From assembly GCA_035263405.1 (NCBI GenBank), contig DATFRI010000095.1, positions 27,614 through 91,613 on the forward strand: a stretch of DNA of 64,000 nt, read 5' to 3'. This document shows, in pieces, positions 22,995-32,646 of this stretch. The stretch is from Actinomycetes bacterium. Lineage in GTDB: Bacteria; Actinomycetota; CALGFH01. The position numbers were made by a program, and so were the translations under genes. The notes below the pieces were generated by a model. It was not told where the DNA came from. It saw only the letters and a list, made by a program, of their open reading frames with translations, and did not search any database. Numbering within the stretch: the first letter of the stretch is position 1; each line of letters starts with the position of its first letter.

Positions 22995-25900
22995 TCAGTC
23001 GCGGGCCAGCTCGGTGATCTGACGCTGCAGCGGGAGCATGCCGAGGCGCTCGGCGGTCGCGCCCGCCATCGTGAGCAGCTCCAGCGCTCGCTCGCGCTGG
23101 CCTGAGAGGCCCCCGGTCAGCAGCATGCGCGCGTACTCGACCTGCGTCCGGGCGACCAAGGGCGGCGCGGCGAGGCGGAGGTTGCGATCGAGCGCCCCTT
23201 GGAAGTGCTCGTCGGCCTCCTTCCACTCGCCGAGCACGGACTCGAGCTGGCCGAGGAAGTGCGCGGCGGAGCCCAGGCAGCCGAACCCGAAGGTGACCAC
23301 CACGTCGCGGTCGGCGTGCGGCAGCAGCAGCGCGCGCAGCTCCTCGGCCCGATCGGCGTCGCGCAGGAGGGCGCACAGCTCGGCGAGGGTCGCGACCGAG
23401 CCCAGCCAGGGCGCGCCGCCGCCGAGCCGGTCGAAACCGGCCGCCGCCAGCTCCTGGAAGATCTCCCAGCCCTCGTCCAGGCGCCCGGACAGCGCCGCGA
23501 GCAGCGCGAACCCTGCCCGCCAGGCGGGCAGGTGCGGGAAGTCGCTCACGAACGACAGCAGCGAGCGCTCGACGTCCTCCTGCGTGCCCGGGCCTTCCTC
23601 GCCGGGCAGCCGGCCCTGCTCCCGGCAGCGCAGCAGGAGCTGGACGGCGACGCCGTGCTGCACGTACCCGGGATCGCGGCTCTCCAGCCGGTTGCCGTAC
23701 GCCAGCGCCCGCAGCGTGGCCGCCTCCGCGCGCTCGAAGCGGCCCTCGGCCATCGCCAGGGTGGCCTGGTGGATCGCGGCCCAGTACAGGTGCCACGGCA
23801 GCCGCAGCCCCTCGGCGAGCTGGATGCAGGCGCGCAGGTCGGTGCGGGCCGCGGCCAGGTCTCCCAGCTCCATGGCGGCGACCAGCCGACCCCGCCGCCC
23901 CTCGAGGACCTGCTCCACCTCCCCGGCCCGCTCGGCGAGCGCGACCAGCTCGTCGCACAGCTCGCGGCGCTGCGCGGCGTTGTCCGGCTCCCAGGTCGCG
24001 TTGAACCGCGACACCAGGGCGCCGCAGAGCGCCCGGTCGTCGCCCAGCTCGCGCGCGATCGCGACCGCCTGGCCGCTGAGCGACTCACGGCGGGCGCGCG
24101 CCTGCGGCTGCTGCCCTGACGCCGACCAGACCAGCACGCGCGCCAGGCTCGCCAGCAGCCGCGACCGCAGCGCCGGGTCCCCGTCGCCGACCATCGCCAG
24201 CGCCTCGTCCAGCAGCAGGGCGCTGCGGTCCGGCCCGCCGGGAGCGGTCAGGCGGGAGTGGGCGTTGCCGAGACCGAGCGCCGCGCGGGCGAGCAGCCCG
24301 GCGTCGTCGATCCGCTTGGCCAGCGCGGCGGCCTCCAGCAGGCGCGCGGACGCGCGCGCCTGCTCCCCGGCCAGGTCGAGCGCCGCGCCGAGGTCCAGCA
24401 GCAGCCGGCAGCGGGCGTCGGGCGCGAGGTGGCCGGCCCCGGTGTCCCGCGCCAGCTCCAGCAGCCGCGCCGCCTCCTCCCAGGCGAGCATCGCCCGAGC
24501 CCGCCTGCCGGCGAGCAGCGCGCACTCGTGCGCCCGCCGCGTGGCCTCCTCGCCACCGGCCTGCGACCACAGGCGGGCGAGCTGCTCGGCGTGGTCGCCG
24601 AGCGCCCCGCGGTGCGCGCGCTCGATCGCGGCGGCGGCGCGACCGTGCAGCTCCGCCCGGCGGTCGTCGGGCAGCCCGCCGTCGAGGGCTTCGCGCACCA
24701 GCGGGTGGCTGAAGCGCAGCGTCCCGGGGCGATCCGGGTCGGGCTCGAGCAGCCGGGCGCCGGCGGCGGTGCGGATCTGCTCGTCCAGGTCCGCGTCGGG
24801 CAGGTCGGCGCCGCTGCGGAGCACCTCCAGCTCGGACTCGACGCCGAGCACGGCCGCGAGTGCGAGCAGCTCGCGGCAGGGCTCCGGGAGCCGTGCGGCG
24901 CGCACGCGCACCGCGTCGCGGACCAGCGGCGCGACCGCCGCCGGCCCGTCCACGACCGGCAGCCCGCCGCCCGCGAGCACCCTGGCCAGCTCGACCGTGA
25001 GCAGGGGGTTGCCGCGCCCCCGCCTCGCGATGTCCGAGACCTCGCCGGCCTCCACAGGCGCCACCGCCCGGGGGGCCCTGGCCAGCTCGGCCTCGATCAG
25101 CTCGGCGGCCTCGCGGGTCTCCAGGACGGGGAGCGGCAGGTCGTCGGTCCCGGGCAGCCGCCGCAGGCGCCGCAGGGTCGCCGGCCAGCCGGCGGTGCCG
25201 TCGGCATGGTCCTGGTACACGGCGAGCAGCAGCAGGCGGCTGCCGTGGAGGCGCCGCGCGACGTGCTCCAGCAGCCGCAGCGAGGGCGCGTCCGCCTCGT
25301 CGACGTCGTCGAGGACCAGCACGACCAGGCGGTCCGCGGCGGCCTCGCGCAGCGCCGCGGTCACCGTCTCGAACTGCTGCTCCCGGCCGGCGGGGGAGGC
25401 GGCGTCGCCGTCCTCCTCCCCGGCCGCGGCGGCGTCGCGCCAGCGGTCGAGCAGTGCGCGCGCGCCCGCGTCCTCCGGCGCCCCGGCCGCGGCCAGGATC
25501 ACGCCGAGCACCTGGGACCACGGCCGGAAGGCGCGCGGTCCCGCGGCCCGGAGAGGGGAGGCTGCCGCCACCAGCGCCCCGGCGGCGGCAGCCTCGGCGG
25601 CGAAGCGCGCGGCCAGGGTGCTCCTGCCGCTCCCCGGGTCCCCGTGCAGCAGCACCAGCAGGCCCCGCCGGGTGCGCGCGACCTGGAGGGCCGCTCGCAG
25701 GCGGCCGAGCGCGGGGCCGCGCCCGACGAACCCGCGCGGCGGCCGCCGGGCGCTCCCGGAGCGGTCGCCGCGGCCGACACGCCGCTCGAGCGCCTCCCGC
25801 GCCGGCCCGCCGTCCAGCGCCGGCTCCCCGCGCAGCTCGCGCAGCTCCTGGTAGGCGGCGAGCGCGTCGTCCCGCCGTCCCGCCTGGTACAACGCGCGCA

Positions 25901-26537
25901 CCTCCAGCTCGCGCAGCGACGCCCGCCCCGGGTGCTCGCGCACGGCGAGCCGCACGCGCTCGACCAGCTCCCCGGACCGCCCGAGCTCCAGCGCCGCCTG
26001 GAGGGATCCCTCCAGGGCGATCAGGCGCAGTGACCCGAACCACCGGCCCGCGGCGGCCACGAACCCGTACGCATCGGTCAGGTCGGCCAGCGGCTGATCG
26101 CGCCAGAGCGCCAGCGCCTGGTCGAACGCGTCGGCCGCGCGCTCGGGCGCGCCCTGGGCGAGCGCGCCCCGGCCCTGCTCGACCAGGCGCTCGAAGCGCG
26201 CAGCGTCGACCGACCCTGGGTCGACCTCCAGCCGGTACGCCCGGCCGCCCGGCCCGGCCACCAGCGCCGGCGGCGCGCCCGCCTCGTCGCGCAGGTCCAG
26301 TGCTGAGCGCAGGCTCGAGACGTCGCGCTCCAGGGTCGCGGCGGCGTCCTCGGGCGGGGCGCCGTTCCAGCACCGGGCGACGAGCGAGTCGCGCGGCACG
26401 AACCGGTTGGCGTCCAGCAGCAGCTGCGCCAGGAGCGCGCGCCGGCGCGCGCTGCCGACCTCCAGGACCTCGCCGCCGTGGCGAACCTCCAGCCGGCCGA
26501 GGACCCGGAACTCCAGTGCCGCCCGAGCGCCGGTCAT
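22995..26537 (-). CDS. AfsR/SARP-family transcriptional regulator (OmpR-type winged helix + BTAD + NB-ARC ATPase + TPR)
   Basis: LEFRVLGRLEVRH... winged-helix DNA-binding and BTAD N-terminus; P-loop LLVLLHGDPGSGRSTL; long C-terminal TPR-like helical region. Start ATG 26537 (M19 of the track ORF). Confidence 0.8.
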   Translation of the reverse strand: MTGARAALEFRVLGRLEVRHGGEVLEVGSARRRALLAQLLLDANRFVPRDSLVARCWNGAPPEDAAATLERDVSSLRSALDLRDEAGAPPALVAGPGGRAYRLEVDPGSVDAARFERLVEQGRGALAQGAPERAADAFDQALALWRDQPLADLTDAYGFVAAAGRWFGSLRLIALEGSLQAALELGRSGELVERVRLAVREHPGRASLRELEVRALYQAGRRDDALAAYQELRELRGEPALDGGPAREALERRVGRGDRSGSARRPPRGFVGRGPALGRLRAALQVARTRRGLLVLLHGDPGSGRSTLAARFAAEAAAAGALVAAASPLRAAGPRAFRPWSQVLGVILAAAGAPEDAGARALLDRWRDAAAAGEEDGDAASPAGREQQFETVTAALREAAADRLVVLVLDDVDEADAPSLRLLEHVARRLHGSRLLLLAVYQDHADGTAGWPATLRRLRRLPGTDDLPLPVLETREAAELIEAELARAPRAVAPVEAGEVSDIARRGRGNPLLTVELARVLAGGGLPVVDGPAAVAPLVRDAVRVRAARLPEPCRELLALAAVLGVESELEVLRSGADLPDADLDEQIRTAAGARLLEPDPDRPGTLRFSHPLVREALDGGLPDDRRAELHGRAAAAIERAHRGALGDHAEQLARLWSQAGGEEATRRAHECALLAGRRARAMLAWEEAARLLELARDTGAGHLAPDARCRLLLDLGAALDLAGEQARASARLLEAAALAKRIDDAGLLARAALGLGNAHSRLTAPGGPDRSALLLDEALAMVGDGDPALRSRLLASLARVLVWSASGQQPQARARRESLSGQAVAIARELGDDRALCGALVSRFNATWEPDNAAQRRELCDELVALAERAGEVEQVLEGRRGRLVAAMELGDLAAARTDLRACIQLAEGLRLPWHLYWAAIHQATLAMAEGRFERAEAATLRALAYGNRLESRDPGYVQHGVAVQLLLRCREQGRLPGEEGPGTQEDVERSLLSFVSDFPHLPAWRAGFALLAALSGRLDEGWEIFQELAAAGFDRLGGGAPWLGSVATLAELCALLRDADRAEELRALLLPHADRDVVVTFGFGCLGSAAHFLGQLESVLGEWKEADEHFQGALDRNLRLAAPPLVARTQVEYARMLLTGGLSGQRERALELLTMAGATAERLGMLPLQRQITELARD

Positions 26538-26667
26538 CGCGTCAAAACCCTGGCATATCAGGGCATCGGCGACAATGCTCTCCCGGCACAAAGACGGCCG
26601 GGCGGGCAGACGGTCGCGCCGGTGCCGCCGGTGGCCGGGGAGGACGCCACCGGCGGCCGGAGCGCGC

Positions 26668-27249
26668 TCACAACGCCGCGACCGTCCGCACCAGCGCGTG
26701 CTCCACGAGGTCGACCAGGGCGTTCTTCACCGAGTCGCGCTCGCGCGCGTCGCACATGATGATCGGCACCTCCGAGGGGATCGCCAGTGCCTCGCGGACG
26801 TCCTCGGCCTTGTGCCGAAGGACGCCGTCGAACAGGTTGATGGCGACCACGAACGGCACCTCGCGCTGCTCGAAGTAGTCGACCGCGCCGAAGCAGTCCT
26901 TCAGCCGGCGGCTGTCGACCAGCACCACCGCCCCGATCGCGCCGCGGATCAGCTCGTCCCACATGAACCAGAACCGGTCCTGCCCGGGGGTGCCGAACAG
27001 GTACAGGATCAGGTCCTCCTCCAGGGAGATCCGCCCGAAGTCCATCGCCACGGTCGTGGTCGCCTTGTTGGGCAGCTTGCTGAGGTCGTCGATCCCGACG
27101 CTCGCGGCGGTCATGACCGCCTCGGTGCTGAGCGGGGTGATCTCCGACACGGCGCCGACCAGGGTGGTCTTGCCGACGCCGAAGCCTCCGGCGACCACGA
27201 TCTTCACCGCCTTGGGCGCGACGGGCGGTTCAGAGCGCGCGGAGGCCAT
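26668..27249 (-). CDS. cvnD: conservon GTPase (CvnD-like Ras/MglA-type ATP/GTP-binding protein)
   Basis: P-loop VAGGFGVGKTTLV, DFGR, NLFD motifs; 193 aa; overlaps the upstream gene by 20 nt. Confidence 0.8.
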   Translation of the reverse strand: MASARSEPPVAPKAVKIVVAGGFGVGKTTLVGAVSEITPLSTEAVMTAASVGIDDLSKLPNKATTTVAMDFGRISLEEDLILYLFGTPGQDRFWFMWDELIRGAIGAVVLVDSRRLKDCFGAVDYFEQREVPFVVAINLFDGVLRHKAEDVREALAIPSEVPIIMCDARERDSVKNALVDLVEHALVRTVAAL

Positions 27250-27601
27250 AGAGCACCCTCTCCAGAAGCGCGATGTCAGAGCTGTTGTTCTGGCTGGCGG
27301 GCCGGTGGACCTGGACCAGCCCTTCCTCGGCCATGTCGCCGACCAGGACGCGCGCCACGCCGAGCGTGACGCTCAGGCGCGCGGAGACCTCCGCGACCGA
27401 CAGGATGTCCCGGCACAGCGCGGCGATCTCCCGGCGCTCCATGTTCAGCCGCGGCAGCTCGACCTGGCCGAGCGACGTCGTCGAGACGAGCGTCTCCAGC
27501 TCGAGCTCCTGCAGCGTCGTCCGGGTACGCCCACCCGTGATCGTGTAGGGCCGGACGATCGGGCCGTACGTGCGCTGGTGGCCGTCTTCGCCGCGCATCA
27601 C
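27230..27601 (-). CDS. cvnC: DUF742 protein (CvnC-like)
   Basis: IVRPYTITGGRTRT...ILSVAEVSARLSVTLGVARVLVGDMAEEGLVQV is the DUF742 signature. Start is GTG 27601 or ATG 27598, with AGGAGG RBS. Confidence 0.75.
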   Translation of the reverse strand: MMRGEDGHQRTYGPIVRPYTITGGRTRTTLQELELETLVSTTSLGQVELPRLNMERREIAALCRDILSVAEVSARLSVTLGVARVLVGDMAEEGLVQVHRPASQNNSSDIALLERVLYGLRAL

Positions 27602-27687
27602 CGTTCTCTCCTCCTGCTGGTCAGCTCGGCAGGAGGGCCATACGGTACCGGCCCCGCCCGTGGTCGCGGCTCAAGAAGAAAGGGTGC

Positions 27688-30288
27688 CTACCGCCTCGGC
27701 GCATCGTGGCTCCCGTCAGGCGGCAGATCGTCGTCGTCGGCCCAGATCCGGTCCATCGCGTCGGTCGCGGCGGTCCGCCCGCGGGTGAGGCCGCGGCGGT
27801 AGGTCGACAGCAGGTCGCGGACCTCGGCGGGCGATCTGGTCGAGTCGCCCAGCTCCGGCTCCTCGAGGTGTCCCTTGGGCGCCGCCAGGCCGTGGGTCAG
27901 CCCGGATGCGATGCCCTTGGCGGGCACGCGCCTGGGCAGCCCGACGCTGGTGGTCGGCGGCTCCTCGTCGTCGTCGCTGTAGTCGCTGTAAGCGGTCGGG
28001 TCCGGCGGTCGGGGCGCCTCGGCCGGTTCCGCCCTGGGCGCCGGTTTGGGCGCCGCGGGGGCCCGCAGCGGCGGCGCCGGCGCCATGGTCGACGCCCGGT
28101 CGGCTGCCTGCTCGGCCTCCCACTGCGCCGCCTCGGCGCTCGGACCCGGGTGGAACCAGTCGGACCGGGTGGACTCGAAGATGGGCAGGCGGGCCCGCTC
28201 GGCGCCGCCGCCGCCCGCGCTCTCGGGCGCGGTCAGCGCGGGCTGCACCTGCTGGACCTGCGCGGCGCGGCTCGTCGACGGCCAGTTCGGGTAGCCGCCC
28301 CCGCCGCCCTCGACGCCCGGGGCCCTGCCGTCCACCTGCTTGACCAGCAGCTTCTCGGGGATGAGGACGAGCGCGGTGACCCCGCCGTACCACGAGTGGC
28401 GCAGCTGCACCTTGATGCCGTGGCGGATGGCGAGGCGGCCGACCACGTTGAAGCCGAGCGTCTTGGACAGCGCGAAGTCCATCACCGGCGGGTTGGCCAG
28501 GCGCTCGTTGACCTCGAACAGCTCGGCGTCGGTCATGCCGATGCCCTTGTCCTCGATCTCGACGACGTGGCCGGCGATGATCGGCAGCCCGGTGATCCGC
28601 ACCTTGGTCTCCGGCGGCGAGAACGAGGTGGCGTTCTCGATCAGCTCGGCGAGCAGGTGCATGACGTCCCCGGCCACCTGGCCGCTGACGCCGACGTCCG
28701 GGGTCGGGAACAGCTCGACGCGGGTGTAGTCCTCGACCTCGCCGATGGCCGCGCGCACGGCGTCGTTGAGCGGCACCGGCGCCTGCCAGCGGCGCACCGC
28801 CTCGCTGCCGGACAGCACGATCAGGTTCTCCGCGTTGCGCCGCATGCGGGTCGCGAGGTGGTCGAGCTGGTAGAGGTCCTCGAGCGCGTCCGGGTCGGTC
28901 TCGCCGCGCTCCAGCTCGTCGATCTTCTCCAGCTGCCGCTCGGTGAGGACCTGGTTGCGGCGGGCGAGGTTCAGGAACATGTCGCCGATGCTCTTGCGCA
29001 GCCCGGCCTGCTCGCCCGCGATCGTGACCGCGACGCGGTGGACCGAGTTGAACGCCTCGGCGACCTGGCCGATCTCGTCCTTGGAGCGGATCCCGATGGT
29101 GCGCACCTCGCGCTGCAGGTCCACCGGTTCGCCCTCGTGCAGCCGCTCGACCAGGCCGGGCAGCCGCCGGTGGGCGACGTCGTTGGCGACGTCACGCAGC
29201 CGCACCAGCGGGTTGACCATCACCCTGGCGGCCAGCAGCGACAGCCCGACGGTGCCCCACAGGACCGCCGTCAGCACGACGCTGAGCCAGAACGCCCGCC
29301 GGTCGGCGCGCGCCTGCAGCGCGGTGCTGCTGGCGGCGACGTCCTCGGCGAGCCTGGTCTCGACCTGCCGCATGCGCTCGACCTTGCCGGTCATGACCGT
29401 CCACCACGAGCTCGGGCTGATCCCGAGCGTGCCGGCGGTCGCGCGCGTGCGGGCGATGTCCCGCAGCTGCTCGGAGCGCTCGACGTCCGGCCCGACGACG
29501 CTGGCGTCGGCCAGCTCCCGCTCCCGCGGGCTGGCGGCGGCCTGGAACCGCGCGGACCAGAAGTCCTGCGCGGACATCATGGAGACGAAGCGGTCGTAGT
29601 CGCCCTCGCCGAAGCGACCCAGGGAGAAAACGCGGTTCATGAACGCGCGCTCCTGGTCGGCGCTCTCCTTGGCGCGGGAGAACGCGTCCAGGGTGGCGAC
29701 GACGCCGAGCAGCCGCTCGTTGTCGCTGCCGCTCGCGATCGCCGCGTTGATGTCCAGCAGCGACCCGATCGTCTCGGTGTAGCCGTCCAGCGCCTGCGTC
29801 AGCACCGCGTCGATCCGTTGCTCGCCCGACGGGGCGTTCTCGCCCCCCTTGGGCTGAGACTGACCTGGAGCGTTGAGCGAACGGTTGTCGATCGTTTGGC
29901 GTTGGGCTGCGAACGTCCCGAGACGCTCCAAACCCGCGTCCAGCCGGTCCTGCAGGCGCTGGTCGAAGTCGGCGACGGGCAGCCCGCTCGCGGCGCGCCG
30001 CACGCCCGCGACCCGCGAGTCGACCACCCGCCGCTGCTCGATCAGCTCGGCCTCGCCGGTCCGGTACTGCGAGCCGACGTACCCGTTGGACAGCCCGCGC
30101 TCCAGCTGGACGGCGTGGACCAGCGGGATGAGCTTGGCGGCGAAGCCGGCCAGCTCGTTGACGCGGCTGGCCCGGGCGCTCTCGGAGATGTTCACCCCGA
30201 TGCCGACGGCGCTGAGGACGGTCAGGATCAGCAGCGGCCCGGTCAGGATGGTGATGAGCTTCGTACGGATCTGCAGGTTCTGGAACAT
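27688..30288 (-). CDS. cvnA: conservon sensor histidine-kinase-like protein (CvnA-like: nitrate/nitrite-sensing-type N-terminal domain, HAMP, HATPase)
   Basis: N-terminal TM, HAMP-like segment and HATPase_c motifs (DKGIGMTDAELFE, GFNVVGRLAIRHG); 866 aa with a long disordered C-terminus. ATG 30288 with AAGGG RBS. Confidence 0.8.
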   Translation of the reverse strand: MFQNLQIRTKLITILTGPLLILTVLSAVGIGVNISESARASRVNELAGFAAKLIPLVHAVQLERGLSNGYVGSQYRTGEAELIEQRRVVDSRVAGVRRAASGLPVADFDQRLQDRLDAGLERLGTFAAQRQTIDNRSLNAPGQSQPKGGENAPSGEQRIDAVLTQALDGYTETIGSLLDINAAIASGSDNERLLGVVATLDAFSRAKESADQERAFMNRVFSLGRFGEGDYDRFVSMMSAQDFWSARFQAAASPRERELADASVVGPDVERSEQLRDIARTRATAGTLGISPSSWWTVMTGKVERMRQVETRLAEDVAASSTALQARADRRAFWLSVVLTAVLWGTVGLSLLAARVMVNPLVRLRDVANDVAHRRLPGLVERLHEGEPVDLQREVRTIGIRSKDEIGQVAEAFNSVHRVAVTIAGEQAGLRKSIGDMFLNLARRNQVLTERQLEKIDELERGETDPDALEDLYQLDHLATRMRRNAENLIVLSGSEAVRRWQAPVPLNDAVRAAIGEVEDYTRVELFPTPDVGVSGQVAGDVMHLLAELIENATSFSPPETKVRITGLPIIAGHVVEIEDKGIGMTDAELFEVNERLANPPVMDFALSKTLGFNVVGRLAIRHGIKVQLRHSWYGGVTALVLIPEKLLVKQVDGRAPGVEGGGGGYPNWPSTSRAAQVQQVQPALTAPESAGGGGAERARLPIFESTRSDWFHPGPSAEAAQWEAEQAADRASTMAPAPPLRAPAAPKPAPRAEPAEAPRPPDPTAYSDYSDDDEEPPTTSVGLPRRVPAKGIASGLTHGLAAPKGHLEEPELGDSTRSPAEVRDLLSTYRRGLTRGRTAATDAMDRIWADDDDLPPDGSHDAPRR

Positions 30289-30378
30289 CAGGTGCCCTTC
30301 GTGTCACGCCGTGGCATCTCGAGGTGTCCGGGATGCGGCAAGGCCAGAACCGACCGGAGGATGAGCGATCGGCGGCGC

Positions 30379-31968
30379 CTAGAGTCCCGGCACCCGGAGC
30401 CGGTCTTCGAGGTCGGAGCGTTGGCCGGCCCCGTCGTCCTCGAGCGGCTCCTGGATGCCCGCCTCGTCCCGCTCCACGGACCACAGCTCGCTCTCGGCGC
30501 TCTCCGCCTCCGGCCGTCTGCGCATGCTCGCGGGCTCGAGCACCCGCATCAGCAGGTAGACGACGGCGCCGATGGCGACGGCCCCCAGGGCGTACCGCTG
30601 CGCGGGCCGGAACTCGGTGGGCCCGATGAGCACGACCAGCTCGTACGCGAGCCAGGCGAGCGCGCCGAACACCACCGGGGTCTCCCATGCGCCGAGCTGG
30701 AACGTCCCCGGCGGCGCGGGGCGGCGGTACAGCGTGAACAGGTACAGCACGACGGTGCCCGCGTACAGCGCCGCCGGCATCAGCGTCGCCGTGGCGAACA
30801 GCGTGAACAGCGCCTCGGTGTTGGTGCGCAGCACGATCACCACGCTCGCGCTGATGGCCGCGGCGAGCAGGGTGGCCACCGGTCCGCCGGTGGCGCGCGG
30901 GGTGCGGGCGAGGACCTGGTAGCCGGGGAAGCGCCGGTCACGGGCCATCGCCCAGATGAGCCGGCTGTTGGTGGTCATGATCACCATGCCGCAGGCGAAG
31001 ATCGAGATGCACATCCACACCAGCGGCAGCGCCTCGGCCTGGCCGAAGAACGTCTTGAGGATGGCCGCGACCGGTGAGGGGTCCTCGCTGATCGCGCCGA
31101 CGTCGTGGATGCCGAGGGTGAGCGCGATGAGGAACGCCATGCCCAGCGTCCCGGAGACCGCGACCGCCTGGACCATGGTCCTGGGGACCACCCTGCGCGC
31201 GCGCTGGGTCTCCTCGGCGAGGTTCGCGCACGACTCGAAGCCCACGATCGTGTACGCGCCCAGGAGCGTGGCCAGCATGAACGGGCCGAGCCAGCGGTAC
31301 CAGCCCTCCGCCGCCACCGCCCCGGTCGACCACAGGTTGCTCAGGTGCCCGGTGCGGGCGACCACGCCCGCGACGATCATGATGATGACCAGCTGCACGA
31401 CCCCGAGGATCTCGGTGGTCACCGCCGTGTTGTTCACCCGCGTCGTGGCCATCGTGGACCAGATGATCAGGCCGGCCTGGACCGTGATCACCCCGAGCGT
31501 GATGACCGCCGCGGTCGTCGGCGTGTACTCCAGGCCCAGCAGCGGCATGAAGGCGACCTGCGTGAACGCGTAGTCCACCGAGACGGTGACGATGCTGAGG
31601 AACGAGAACGACAGCCAGCCGAGCCACCAGCCCACGTTCGGCCCGGCCAGCCGCGAGGCCCACTGGTAGGAGTAGCCGGCGAGCGGGATCCGCGACGCCA
31701 GCGCCCCGTACACCAGGGCGACCAGGATCTGCCCGACGATCACGATCGGCCAGGTCCAGATGCCGCGCGGGCCGGCGTGGCTGAGCAGGAACCCGAACGT
31801 CGTGAAGATCCCGGTCGTGATCGAGATGAACGAGAAGCCGACCGCGAACGACTCGAAGTGGCGCAGCGTCCGCGCGAACCGTTGCCGGTACCCGAGGCGC
31901 TCCACCACGTCGGCCTCGACACGGGCCTCTGTGGCCTGCTGATCAGGGAAAAGGTTGGCGGTGCGCAT
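30379..31968 (-). CDS. APC-superfamily amino acid permease (12 TM)
   Basis: 529 aa, polytopic, with typical APC motifs. RBS AAAGGACGTAGGAGC. Confidence 0.8.
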   Translation of the reverse strand: MRTANLFPDQQATEARVEADVVERLGYRQRFARTLRHFESFAVGFSFISITTGIFTTFGFLLSHAGPRGIWTWPIVIVGQILVALVYGALASRIPLAGYSYQWASRLAGPNVGWWLGWLSFSFLSIVTVSVDYAFTQVAFMPLLGLEYTPTTAAVITLGVITVQAGLIIWSTMATTRVNNTAVTTEILGVVQLVIIMIVAGVVARTGHLSNLWSTGAVAAEGWYRWLGPFMLATLLGAYTIVGFESCANLAEETQRARRVVPRTMVQAVAVSGTLGMAFLIALTLGIHDVGAISEDPSPVAAILKTFFGQAEALPLVWMCISIFACGMVIMTTNSRLIWAMARDRRFPGYQVLARTPRATGGPVATLLAAAISASVVIVLRTNTEALFTLFATATLMPAALYAGTVVLYLFTLYRRPAPPGTFQLGAWETPVVFGALAWLAYELVVLIGPTEFRPAQRYALGAVAIGAVVYLLMRVLEPASMRRRPEAESAESELWSVERDEAGIQEPLEDDGAGQRSDLEDRLRVPGL

Positions 31969-32475
31969 CGGCGCTCCTACGTCCTTTCGCGACAGATGTC
32001 TCGGGCGGAGGCGGGGGTGCGCAACTCGTCATGGCAGGACACGGGGCAAGGCGGTCGACCCGGTACGGACCGGGCAAGCCTCGAGCGCTGCGGAAGCAGC
32101 CAGGGCATGCTCACGCACTCCGGGGCAGGGAGGTCGACGGATGTTCAAATCCGGCAGGGAACCCTAACTAAGCAATCCAGTCTTGTCGAACCGGCAAACA
32201 TGGACGCGCTTTCGCATTCGTCGCGCGGGCGAGCTGAGACGCACCTCGCGATCCGGGCGAACATCCCGCTGACCAGGGCGCTTGAATCCCCGATCCGGTT
32301 CGGCTAGCGTAGCGCGCTGTTCGTGCCCATCTAAGGGTGTTTGTCTGAAATATCTGACTTTTCGGAAGCCGTCCGCACGTCCCGACCCCCGGCGTGACGA
32401 CAGCCGGCGCCAGCCTCGGCGAAGCGCCGCAGCATCCGTCCCCGACGACGCACGGCAACCCCCGCCACGATCGAG

Positions 32476-32639
32476 TGAAGGTGTCCGCTATGCCCTTCTT
32501 CAGGGCGTCCACCTGTGGTCAGAAGGCATCGCGGACAGCTTCAGCGGGCCCCGCAGCGAGTCCTGCTCGGTCACCCCTGCGCACCGGTCCATTTCCTGTT
32601 CTTGCGCCCGGCCCCGACCACCCGGCGAGAGGAAGGTAG
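32476..32639 (+). promoter_or_regulatory. conserved leader element copy 2: SD AAGGTG + ATG 32490 inside the helix 32484-32494 / 32525-32535; 49-codon uORF ending TAG 32637-32639, 8 nt before the aminotransferase GTG
   Basis: About 85% identical over ~70 nt to 11407-11475. uORF MPFFRASTCGQKASRTAS... Its 3' end contains the SD (GGAAGGTAGGGAGAG) of the downstream gene. Confidence 0.5.
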
Positions 32640-32646
32640 GGAGAGC

